Source: an uncultured Blastocatellia bacterium (GTDB taxonomy: Bacteria; Acidobacteriota; Blastocatellia; HR10). Taken from it: DNA of 64,000 bases. The position numbers were made by a program, and so were the translations under genes. The stretch is from assembly GCA_937934295.1 (NCBI GenBank), contig CALHAI010000005.1:119272-183271 (forward strand). Direction: 5' to 3'. The notes under the pieces were generated by a model. The model was given only the letters and a program-made list of their open reading frames with translations. It did no database searches and had not been told where the DNA came from. Each line of letters starts with the position of its first letter. The stretch's first letter is position 1. This document shows positions 1 to 8,080 of the stretch, piece after piece.

Positions 1-503
1 GGATTCTCGTAGCTGATGAGCTGAGGATCCGTCCGGCCTAACCGTCCATCCGCCCCCGGATATCGAATGTTCCAGGCGAACTGCTCGGCTGTGACTTCCA
101 CGAGCACGGCATCCGGAGGAGCCGGATGAAGGTAATACTTCTGCCAGATCGGAAGTCCGATCACAAGCACTCCGCCCTCGGCCACCAACGCCATGACGAT
201 CCCCGGAATGAGCGACCACAACTTCTCGGCCCGCGCGCTCGCCAGCCGATAGGTGATCCGCTCCTGCCGGCTGAACCGCCAGATGAAATACCCCAAGACC
301 ACGTGCCCGAGGATAAAAAGCGCACCCACCGTGATGAGCAGATAGTGAATCATCCGATCGATGCCGGCTCCATGCTCGGAGGCAAGCGGCGGCAGCCACC
401 GCCGCACGCCCAGTCCGATTCCCACAACGGCAATAGTGATGAGAACGAAGGCGAAGAAAAATCCCTCCAGGATTCGCTTGCGTCGCTCGTTTCCCTCATG
501 CAT
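1..503 (-). CDS. coxB: cytochrome c oxidase subunit II (N-terminal part; gene runs off window start)
   Basis: Reverse-strand translation from the ATG at 503 gives MHEGNERRKRILEGFFFAFVLITIAVVGIGLG... with two TM helices followed by ...VTAEQFAWNIRYPGADGRLG..., the typical start of the COX2 cupredoxin domain. No stop codon before position 1. Not in the ORF track because it is truncated. Confidence 0.7.
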   Translation of the reverse strand, partial: MHEGNERRKRILEGFFFAFVLITIAVVGIGLGVRRWLPPLASEHGAGIDRMIHYLLITVGALFILGHVVLGYFIWRFSRQERITYRLASARAEKLWSLIPGIVMALVAEGGVLVIGLPIWQKYYLHPAPPDAVLVEVTAEQFAWNIRYPGADGRLGRTDPQLISYEN

Positions 504-591
504 GGCGCCTTCCCTCATGCTCTTGACTTGAACCGATTCGCGATCGGTTCACCGCTGTCGGGCGAAATCTACCCCGCCTCCGGCAGCGAAA

Positions 592-611
592 GCTGTGACT
601 GAAGTCACAGC
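592..611. promoter_or_regulatory. perfect CRP/FNR-family type palindrome TGTGA-N6-TCACA (GCTGTGACT-GA-AGTCACAGC)
   Basis: Read directly: 9-bp perfect inverted arms with a 2-nt spacer. TGTGA is at 594-598 and TCACA at 605-609. It lies ~90 bp upstream of the coxB start (minus strand) in a divergent intergenic region. Confidence 0.5.
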
Positions 612-820
612 AATGCCCTCTCAGATGACATCCTCATCTGCTCGAAAATCTTTCGCACTTGCACCACACAACTGAGTGGGGCCTTCGCGACCTCACCCAT
701 GGCTTGTGCCTTAGCAAACAGCATTCCGCAACAGGAATGGGCGAGGCTCCACGGATCGAAAAGCTTCGAGAGAACAAGTACTTCGTTCGTGCGCGCGAAT
801 CTCCCGAAGACCTTCGCTGA

Positions 821-1017
821 CCCCCGATGTTGGGGGATAAGCCCCCCCATCGGGTAAAATCCCCCAACATGATTGGGTGAAATCCCTCCCATCATCGCTG
901 CAAGAAGAGGCGCCGAAGAGACAAGCGCTCGGCCCCTACCGCCTCAGCGACCTCAAATCGTCCCCGGAGCTTCTTCGGAGCCCTGAGCGAGAAGGCCCGC
1001 TATGGGTGTAATCCCCC
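821..1017. repeat. array of short G-run/AT-loop/C-run hairpin motifs (GGG-TRWAAT-CCCCC type), 4-5 copies
   Basis: CCCCC-GATGTT-GGGGG (821-836), GGGGG-ATAAG-CCCCCCC (832-848), GGG-TAAAAT-CCCCC (852-865), GGG-TGAAAT-CCCTCCC (875-890), GGG-TGTAAT-CCCCC (1004-1017). All lie in the divergent intergenic region between coxB and the multiheme operon. Confidence 0.45.
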
Positions 1018-1134
1018 ACCCGGTTCGGTTATACTTGTCTCGGTCAACCCGATCATTCTGCGAGTGATAGTCATGTTCGAGCGCGATGCTTGAGGACGGC
1101 ACGCGGCTTGCATATGCAATGCGAGTTGATTTCG

Positions 1135-3255
1135 ATGAGGAACAGAACGGGGCATGTGATCGGACCTCGTCGGCGCGAATGCGCGCGCGGTTCCTTCATT
1201 CTCATTCTCCTCGTGCTCGGCCTGCCGGCATCCGCGCAGACGGCCCGCCGCGCACCGACTCCGCGACTCAGCTCGGCCGAGTGCCTGGCTTGTCACACTG
1301 ATCCCAATCTGAGTAAGGTGGTGAACGGCCAGACCGTGAGCGTTCACGTCAGCGAGAGCGCGTTCAAGGCATCGGTGCATAGCGCCTTCGACTGCACGGA
1401 TTGTCACGCGGATGTTCGGGACTATCCGCATGAGCCGCCGCCACAGAAGGGCTCCTGCGCCACGTGCCATCCGGACGCCGAAACGGCCTATGCGCGGAGC
1501 TTGCACAGGAAGGCGGTACACGAAGGACGCGCACGGGGGGCAAGCTGCGCTGACTGCCACGGTAACGTGCATACGATCTTGCCCTCGAGCGATCCCCGCT
1601 CGAAGACGCATCGCGCGCACATCCCGCAGACGTGTGGCGCCTGCCACGGGGTACAATTCGTCGTCGAGCCGGCCGGTATCCGCGCCCAGCCATTCTTCTC
1701 CTATCAGCAGAGCGTGCACGGGCGAGCGGTCACCGCCGGCTCAACGCGTGCGGCCATTTGCACCGACTGCCACCATAGCCACGACGTGCGTTCGGCGGCC
1801 GATCCGCAATCGCCCATCTTCAAATTCAATGTGCCGGCGACCTGCGGACAGTGCCATGCGAGCATCCGCGATGAATTCTTGGAGAGCATCCACGGCCAGG
1901 CGATTCGCCGGGGGAACTGGCAAGCGCCCGTATGCACGGATTGTCATGGCATTCACCTGATCAAGCCGCACATCGATCCGACCTCTCCGGTCGCGCAACA
2001 AGCGCTCGCGCGCACGACCTGTGGGCGGTGTCATGAAGGCGTTCGCCTGACGCAGGAATTCGGCGTGCCGGGCGGACGGGTGAGCACGTACCTGGACAGC
2101 TATCATGGACGCGCCTCGCGGCTCGGCTCGACGGTCGTTGCCAACTGCGCCAGTTGTCACGGCGTTCACAACATCCTCCCCTCCTCCGATCCGCGCTCGA
2201 TGGTGCACAAGGCGAATCTCGCCCGCACCTGCGGGCAGTGCCATCCGGGCGCCAGCGAGAATTTCGCGCGTGTGAAGGTTCACGCCGAAGTTCCGGTCTC
2301 TGAAGACATCGGGAGCATCCTCAAGCATTGGGTGCGACGCATCTACCTCTGGCTCATCGCCATCACCATCGGCTTGATGGTGCTGCACAACGGCGCGATC
2401 TGGCGAAAGAAAGCCCTGGCTCGGCGCGCGCTCGAAGATCGTTCGATCCTTCGCCTGACGTCGCAACAACGGTGGCAACACCTGCTCCTTCTGGTGAGCT
2501 TCTTCACGCTCGTGCTCACGGGCTTTGCTTTGAAATATCCGGACTCTTGGCTGGCGTGGCTGCTTGGCGCTCACGAGGCCTCCCGTCGAATCGCCCACCG
2601 GGTGGCCGGCGTCTTGCTGCTCGGCATCGGGGCCTATCACCTCGTCTACATCATAGCGACGTCCGAAGGCCGGCAGGTCTGGCGCGACATGCGCCCGCAG
2701 CGGAAAGACCTCGCCGATCTCCTTCAGAACATGCGCTACTATTTTGGTCAAAGCGCTCATCGCCCGTCGTTCGGGCGATGCAGCTATATTGAGAAATTCG
2801 AGTATTGGGCGCTCGTCTGGGGGACGATCATCATGGGCGCGACGGGGCTGATCGTGTGGTTCAAGGCACAGACGACACGGTGGCTTCCGGGATGGGTCGT
2901 GGACGTCGCTCTCGCGATTCACTTCTACGAGGCCGTGCTGGCGACGCTCGCCATCTTCGTCTGGCATTTCTACCATGTCATCTTCGATCCGGATGTTTAT
3001 CCGATGAACTGGGCGTGGCTCGACGGGCGCGTCTCGGCCCTATGGTATCAGCATGAGCATCCGCTAGATTACGCGCGCCTTGTTGGGGCCGGCCCAGCGG
3101 AACCCGCCACAGCCGTTCCCCCCGATGCCGCCTCCAAAGGCACGACGGTCGCGGCGCATCCGCTCACGCCTTCCAAAGATCCCGTGGAGGCCTCGACAGG
3201 TGCCCCTGGGAATCCGCGCGCAGACGCCGACATTTCGGGAGAGGAAGTCAGATGA
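1135..3255 (+). CDS. multiheme cytochrome c (11 CxxCH, repeated dihaem modules) fused to a C-terminal HydC/FdnI-type dihaem cytochrome b membrane domain (CbcL-like architecture)
   Basis: Signal-peptide-like N-terminus (FILILLVLGLPASAQ). Eleven CxxCH motifs are arranged in repeating ~50-aa units (SxHG..C..CHG.H.ILPSSDPRS....TCGxCH). The C-terminal ~250 aa carry 4-5 TM helices with paired His residues (HRVAGVLLLGIGAYHLV, HFYEAVLATLAIFVWHFYHV). The track ORF starts at TTG 1090. ATG 1135 (or 1114) is more likely the start, but this is uncertain. Confidence 0.85.
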   Translation: MRNRTGHVIGPRRRECARGSFILILLVLGLPASAQTARRAPTPRLSSAECLACHTDPNLSKVVNGQTVSVHVSESAFKASVHSAFDCTDCHADVRDYPHEPPPQKGSCATCHPDAETAYARSLHRKAVHEGRARGASCADCHGNVHTILPSSDPRSKTHRAHIPQTCGACHGVQFVVEPAGIRAQPFFSYQQSVHGRAVTAGSTRAAICTDCHHSHDVRSAADPQSPIFKFNVPATCGQCHASIRDEFLESIHGQAIRRGNWQAPVCTDCHGIHLIKPHIDPTSPVAQQALARTTCGRCHEGVRLTQEFGVPGGRVSTYLDSYHGRASRLGSTVVANCASCHGVHNILPSSDPRSMVHKANLARTCGQCHPGASENFARVKVHAEVPVSEDIGSILKHWVRRIYLWLIAITIGLMVLHNGAIWRKKALARRALEDRSILRLTSQQRWQHLLLLVSFFTLVLTGFALKYPDSWLAWLLGAHEASRRIAHRVAGVLLLGIGAYHLVYIIATSEGRQVWRDMRPQRKDLADLLQNMRYYFGQSAHRPSFGRCSYIEKFEYWALVWGTIIMGATGLIVWFKAQTTRWLPGWVVDVALAIHFYEAVLATLAIFVWHFYHVIFDPDVYPMNWAWLDGRVSALWYQHEHPLDYARLVGAGPAEPATAVPPDAASKGTTVAAHPLTPSKDPVEASTGAPGNPRADADISGEEVR

Positions 3256-4727
3256 CCAAACGCTTGCATCTGTGGTTCTGGGACTTGATGCGCTTGGTGG
3301 GCCGAAACTGGATCACGGCCCTCGGGGGAACCCTCACGACCATCAGCGCCTTGCTCATCATCGCATTCATGATCCTCGGCTTGCTCGGCCTCTACGACAC
3401 GCCATATATCGGGATCATGGCGTTCCTCGCCCTGCCGGGGGTCTTCATCTTCGGGCTCCTGCTCATCCCCTTGGGCTTGTACTGGGAGCGAAAGCAGGCG
3501 CTGCGGCGCAACGCTTCGGCGAATCCGATGTCTCGCAAGCCATATCCGCACATTGATTTCAATCGTGCATCGGTACGCCGCACGGCCGGGATCGTGAGCG
3601 TCCTCACGCTCATCAATCTCCTCATCATCTCCCTGACGACGTACAAAGGCGTGACCTACATGGATTCGGTCGAGTTCTGCGGCACCGTGTGCCATGCCGT
3701 CATGGAGCCGGAATACACGGCCTATCTCAACTCGCCGCATTCGCGCGTGAAATGCGTCGAATGCCATATTGGTCCCGGAGCCCCCTGGTTCGTCCGCTCG
3801 AAACTCTCGGGCGTGGGACAGGTCTTCGCGACGGCGTTCAACACGTACTCGCGCCCGATTCCGACGCCGGTCGAAAACCTACGCCCCTCGCGCGATACGT
3901 GCGAGCAGTGTCATTGGCCGGAGAAATTCACCGGAGACCGCGTCAAGATCATCACCCGCTTCGCCGAAGATGAAGCGAATACGCCTCTCAAGACCGTCCT
4001 CCTCATGCACATCGGAGGTGGCGCGGCCGGTCACGGGGGCATCCACAGTTGGCACATCGCTCCGAACCGACAAACGATCTACATCGCCGCGGACAAGCAG
4101 CGGCAGATCATCCCGTGGATTCAGGTGCGCGAGGCCGATGGACGCGTCACGGAATTCATCACTCAGGACGCGCACATGGTGCCCGAGCAGCTCGCCCGCG
4201 CCGAGCGCCGCGTCATGGATTGTATTGACTGTCACAATCGTCCGACGCACATCTTCAAACTTCCGGATCAAGCGATGGATGAAGCGCTGGCGACTGGTCG
4301 CCTTGACCGTACATTGCCGTACATCAAGAAGCTTGGCGTCGAAGTCCTGCGCGCGGCCGCGGACACACCGGGGAACGCTGCCGAAGAGATCGCTCGGCGC
4401 GTCCGCGCGTTCTATGAGGAGAAGTATCCTGATCTCTTCCGCTCCCGCCGCGAGGCGATCGAAACAGCGATCCGCGAGCTGCAGGCCATCCTTCGTCGGA
4501 ACGTCTTCCCCTCGATGAGGGTGACGTGGGGGACGTATCCCGATAACATCGGGCATACGCGTTTCCCGGGCTGCTTCCGCTGTCATGATGAGCAGCATGT
4601 GAGCAAGGATGGACGGACGATCAGCCAAAGCTGCGACCTCTGTCACACGCTCCTGGCGGTCGAAGAGCCAAATCCGCCGATCCTGCAGCAGCTCAATATC
4701 CGGGAGAACGTCAACGGCACGAGGTGA
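3252..4727 (+). CDS. membrane-anchored multiheme cytochrome c (3 N-terminal TM helices; 5 CxxCH + 1 CX3CH), ImcH / NapC-NirT-like
   Basis: ATGA overlap with the upstream gene. Three hydrophobic helices in the first 130 aa. Haem motifs are CGTVCH (CX3CH), CVECH, CEQCH, CIDCH, CFRCH and CDLCH. Confidence 0.8.
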   Translation: MTKRLHLWFWDLMRLVGRNWITALGGTLTTISALLIIAFMILGLLGLYDTPYIGIMAFLALPGVFIFGLLLIPLGLYWERKQALRRNASANPMSRKPYPHIDFNRASVRRTAGIVSVLTLINLLIISLTTYKGVTYMDSVEFCGTVCHAVMEPEYTAYLNSPHSRVKCVECHIGPGAPWFVRSKLSGVGQVFATAFNTYSRPIPTPVENLRPSRDTCEQCHWPEKFTGDRVKIITRFAEDEANTPLKTVLLMHIGGGAAGHGGIHSWHIAPNRQTIYIAADKQRQIIPWIQVREADGRVTEFITQDAHMVPEQLARAERRVMDCIDCHNRPTHIFKLPDQAMDEALATGRLDRTLPYIKKLGVEVLRAAADTPGNAAEEIARRVRAFYEEKYPDLFRSRREAIETAIRELQAILRRNVFPSMRVTWGTYPDNIGHTRFPGCFRCHDEQHVSKDGRTISQSCDLCHTLLAVEEPNPPILQQLNIRENVNGTR

Positions 4728-4730
4728 ACA

Positions 4731-5762
4731 ATGACTTCGCCAACTTACACCCTTCTGCGCATGATTCGGGACCTCGGATGCGTCCGCGCCCGACCGAGCG
4801 GTCTCGCCATGCTGATCCTCGGGATCACGCTCGGCCTCCTCCTCGGCACCGAACGAACGGTTCGACCGAAGCCGAAGACGATGCCCGCAGGGATGACCCG
4901 CATCGGCACGCTGGGGGAGTCGCGCCCCTCTTCCCAGCAACCGGAGAATCCCTACGTCGGCTCCGAAACGTGCAAGATGTGCCATGAGGACCTCTACACG
5001 CACTTTGCTCGAACGGCACACTTTTTGACCCTCAGCAGTCCGAAGTACACGGAGTCGGAGAAGGGCTGCGAAGCCTGTCACGGACCGGGTCGGGAACATG
5101 TGGAGAGCGGCGGCGACGTGACGAAGATCTTCCCGTTTCGCGGACGCTCCGTCTCTGAGCAGAATGCGCGCTGCCTCACCTGCCACGAGCGGCAGGAGGA
5201 GCGCCATAATTTCCGCCAATCCGGGCACGGCCTGAACCGGGTCGCCTGCACCGATTGTCACTCCTCGCACTCGCCGGTTCTCCTCGAAGACCTCCTGGCG
5301 AAGCGCCTGCCCGAGCTGTGCTATGAGTGTCACGGCGAGATCCGTCAGGACTTCACCAAGCCCTTCCGTCATCGCGTCCACGAAGGGGGGATGAGTTGTA
5401 CGACCTGTCACAATCCCCACGGAGGGTTCAACGTGGCCCAAACGCGCGACGTCTTGGGTGGAACCGATGCCGTGTGTCTGAAATGTCATACGGATAAACA
5501 GGGACCGTTCGTCTTCGAACACGCGCCGGTGAAGCTCGAAGGCTGTGCGATCTGTCATGCTCCGCATGGCTCGAATAACCCACGACTCCTCACGCGCCCA
5601 TATGTGTACCAGCTCTGTCTCGAATGCCACACGGCTACGCCAGGAATTCTGGGATCGGAACCGCCCGCCTTTCACGACATTCGGCAACCGCGTTTTCAAA
5701 ACTGCACGACGTGCCATGTGAAGGTCCACGGCTCGAACGTCAACCGCCTCTTCTTTCAGTAG
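4731..5762 (+). CDS. periplasmic decaheme cytochrome c, MtrA/DmsE/PioA/MtoA family-like
   Basis: Ten CxxCH motifs in 343 aa (CKMCH, CEACH, CLTCH, CTDCH, CYECH, CTTCH, CLKCH, CAICH, CLECH, CTTCH). N-terminal signal/anchor. Starts 4 nt after the upstream stop. Confidence 0.85.
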   Translation: MTSPTYTLLRMIRDLGCVRARPSGLAMLILGITLGLLLGTERTVRPKPKTMPAGMTRIGTLGESRPSSQQPENPYVGSETCKMCHEDLYTHFARTAHFLTLSSPKYTESEKGCEACHGPGREHVESGGDVTKIFPFRGRSVSEQNARCLTCHERQEERHNFRQSGHGLNRVACTDCHSSHSPVLLEDLLAKRLPELCYECHGEIRQDFTKPFRHRVHEGGMSCTTCHNPHGGFNVAQTRDVLGGTDAVCLKCHTDKQGPFVFEHAPVKLEGCAICHAPHGSNNPRLLTRPYVYQLCLECHTATPGILGSEPPAFHDIRQPRFQNCTTCHVKVHGSNVNRLFFQ

Positions 5763-5771
5763 GAGGGGGAT

Positions 5772-7838
5772 ATGCCGGCTCTCATCCGTCAAGTCAGCTC
5801 TCACACCACGCCTTTGGCATCTCGATTCATATCTTCTGCGAGAATGTGGTTCAGTCTCGCCGTGCTCGTCGGCCTCTTCGGGCTGACCGCTCTTGAACCG
5901 CGCGCCCAGGAGAGCACCGCGCAACCGACGCAGGAGGGCCTTCGCTTGGGAAGAATGATCGCGCAGAGCGAGCTGGAATTCGGCTGGCGCCAGCTCTTTG
6001 TGGGGGGGAATCGCAATCTCTATCGCAGCCAGATCAATCTGGATGAGGGGCTGCGCCTGCTCGGCCTCTCCTTCACCTCTCGGTATCCGGAGAACACGGG
6101 ATCGCTCTTCGACCTCCTCACCTATAGCATGGCGAGCTGGGGCGGCGATCCGTATAACACGGTGAGCCTGCGCGTGGAGAAACGTGGCTCCTATCGCTTC
6201 GACTTCGGCTACAGCCGAATCGTGTACTACAACTTCCTGCCGACCTTCGCGAATCCGCTGCGCGAGCGCGGGGAGGAGCTCGGCCAACATAGCATGGACG
6301 CTGCGCGCCGCCGATCGGAATACCGCCTGACGCTCTTTCCCGATGCCGATTTCCGCATTCACCTCGCTTACGAGCGCACTGCGCAATTCGGATCCGCCTT
6401 CACCACGTTCCCGATCGGCTTGGATGAATTCGTGCTCCTGGATCCGCCGCGCACGACGACGGACGATTACCGCGTGGGCGTGGACGTTCGGCTCGGGCGC
6501 TTGCACCTGACGGTGGAGCAGGGCGTTCGCGCATTCAAAAACGACATCCATACGAATCAGCCCGAAGGGACGATCAACCTGGGAAACAATCGGAATCCGG
6601 CCAATCCGACCTCGGCCAATCCCCAGCAAATTTTTCTGCAGACGTTCGCGCGCGATAGTGGGATTCGCGGTCTGGTGCCGACGACGCGCCTCGGGCTGCA
6701 CGGACGCGTGCACCGCACGGTGCTGTTGAGTGGGCGCTTCGCCTACAGCGACGCCCGCATAGACTTCACGCGCCAAGAGGAAGCGACCGGCAACCTCTTC
6801 GATCTCTCCGTCCTCCGATATGTCACGACGCAAACGTCAACGAGCCTCGCCCACGCCTCGCGGCCCAATGCCCTCGCCGACGCGAGCGTGAACTATCACC
6901 CGCATCGGCGCCTCACCTTCACCAACACCGTACGATTCCAGCATTTCACGGTCGCCGGAGATGTGCGCACGCGCACCGAGCAGAAGCTCAGTGCGGACCT
7001 GCGCGGCCCCCTCCCGTCGCCCCAAACGCGCTTGGTCACAGAATGGCTCGGCGCGCGCACGTCCGTGGATTCGTTCTTCAACTACGTCGAGAGTGCTGTG
7101 GAACTCACTCCGCGCGTGGTCCTTCGCGCCGGTCATCGCTTCGCTCATCGGCGGGCCTCGCTCCACCGACCTGAGGCGGGCGAACGCGAGGAATCGGAGT
7201 TGAACGCGCACGCCGTCCTTGGCGGCCTCAGCTTTCGCGCGACTCCGACCCTTCGCCTCTTCGCCCAGATCGAACGAGGCTCCAGCGACAACGTCTTCAC
7301 CCGCGTGGCTCCGCGTCGCTTCACGCGACTCCGCACTCGCGCCCAATACCGACCGACTACTTCGCTCACGCTCGGTCTGCAGCTCCTTGTAACCGACGCG
7401 CGCAATCCAAATCCACTCGTGGACGACATGCGCCGAAATCGCGGCCTGACGCTCATGACTCTGTGGACCCCTGATGAACGCTTCGCCCTTTCGCTCAGCT
7501 ATACGCGCACGGACATCACGTCGGCGATCCTTGTTCTCCATCCGCGCCTGCGAACAATCGAGTCCTCACAATATGTGGCGAAGGACAATTTCGTGGACGG
7601 CGATCTCATCATCTCCCCGCTTCGCAACCTCCGGCTCGCCCTCGGCTACTCTGTGGTCAACGCGCAGGGGACGTTCCCCCTCAACTTCCATCAGCCGCGG
7701 GGGATGATCGCCTACACGTTCCCGAAGCGCTTCACCTGGAGCATCGGCTGGCGCTGGTACGGGTACAACCAAAAGGGATTCGCCCTAGAAGACTATCGCG
7801 CCCATACGCTGACCGGCAGCCTGAAGATCGCATTTTGA
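5772..7838 (+). CDS. outer-membrane beta-barrel porin, MtrB/PioB-like partner of the decaheme
   Basis: AGGAGG 5 nt upstream of the ATG. N-terminal signal region. 688 aa with alternating hydrophobic/polar segments rich in Y/W/G/R (RFDFGYSRIVYY, FTWSIGWRWYGY). The C-terminus ...GSLKIAF ends in an aromatic residue, typical of an OM beta-barrel signal. It sits immediately downstream of an MtrA-type decaheme. Confidence 0.7.
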   Translation: MPALIRQVSSHTTPLASRFISSARMWFSLAVLVGLFGLTALEPRAQESTAQPTQEGLRLGRMIAQSELEFGWRQLFVGGNRNLYRSQINLDEGLRLLGLSFTSRYPENTGSLFDLLTYSMASWGGDPYNTVSLRVEKRGSYRFDFGYSRIVYYNFLPTFANPLRERGEELGQHSMDAARRRSEYRLTLFPDADFRIHLAYERTAQFGSAFTTFPIGLDEFVLLDPPRTTTDDYRVGVDVRLGRLHLTVEQGVRAFKNDIHTNQPEGTINLGNNRNPANPTSANPQQIFLQTFARDSGIRGLVPTTRLGLHGRVHRTVLLSGRFAYSDARIDFTRQEEATGNLFDLSVLRYVTTQTSTSLAHASRPNALADASVNYHPHRRLTFTNTVRFQHFTVAGDVRTRTEQKLSADLRGPLPSPQTRLVTEWLGARTSVDSFFNYVESAVELTPRVVLRAGHRFAHRRASLHRPEAGEREESELNAHAVLGGLSFRATPTLRLFAQIERGSSDNVFTRVAPRRFTRLRTRAQYRPTTSLTLGLQLLVTDARNPNPLVDDMRRNRGLTLMTLWTPDERFALSLSYTRTDITSAILVLHPRLRTIESSQYVAKDNFVDGDLIISPLRNLRLALGYSVVNAQGTFPLNFHQPRGMIAYTFPKRFTWSIGWRWYGYNQKGFALEDYRAHTLTGSLKIAF

Positions 7839-7842
7839 AGCG

Positions 7843-7859
7843 CCGTCGAAGCGACGGCG
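7843..7859 (+). terminator. stem-loop GCCGTCG-AAG-CGACGGC just after the porin stop (no clear U-tract)
   Basis: Perfect 7-bp stem, 3-nt loop, 5 nt downstream of the TGA at 7836-7838. Confidence 0.35.
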
Positions 7860-8080
7860 ACCGCTCTCGCGCTCAGGCGCACGGGGACCGACCGAGGGGG
7901 ACCCGCTTCATCTGGCGAGGCGGATGAGGGTGAAACGCCAGATGGCCCCCTCTCGCACACTCACTTGGACTTCGACGCTCTCAAGGCGACGAAGCCATCA
8001 GCAGCAGGAAACAGGTCCGGGCGAGCTTTCCGCACGGGAATGGGTCTCACGCTCCGGAGAACACCTGCGCCTGAAGGACG

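Noticed and set aside
126-602. Plus-strand 158-aa ORF at the window start
   Set aside because: It is low-complexity and rich in Arg/Pro/Asp/His. The opposite strand encodes a clean COX subunit II N-terminus in the same span.
605-895. Minus-strand 96-aa and 78-aa ORFs between coxB and the cytochrome operon
   Set aside because: No motifs, and they overlap the CRP palindrome and the G/C hairpin repeat array. More likely promoter or leader sequence than a protein-coding gene.
1000-1135. Sigma-54 (-24/-12) promoters upstream of the cytochrome operon, pspA and the 59.6-kb operon
   Set aside because: No TGGCAC-N5-TTGCW match with correct GG/GC spacing was found by eye in these regions. The only TGGC-containing segments (12240-12260, 59325-59345) fail the 10-nt GG-to-GC spacing.
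1741-2976. 411-aa minus-strand ORF antisense to the multiheme cytochrome gene
   Set aside because: A typical high-GC antisense artefact (Arg/Ala/Gly/Pro-rich, no domains). The sense strand carries 11 CxxCH motifs and a cyt b domain.
3879-6833. 984-aa minus-strand ORF spanning three cytochrome/porin genes
   Set aside because: Arg-rich low-complexity translation. The opposite strand has three well-supported, translationally coupled genes.
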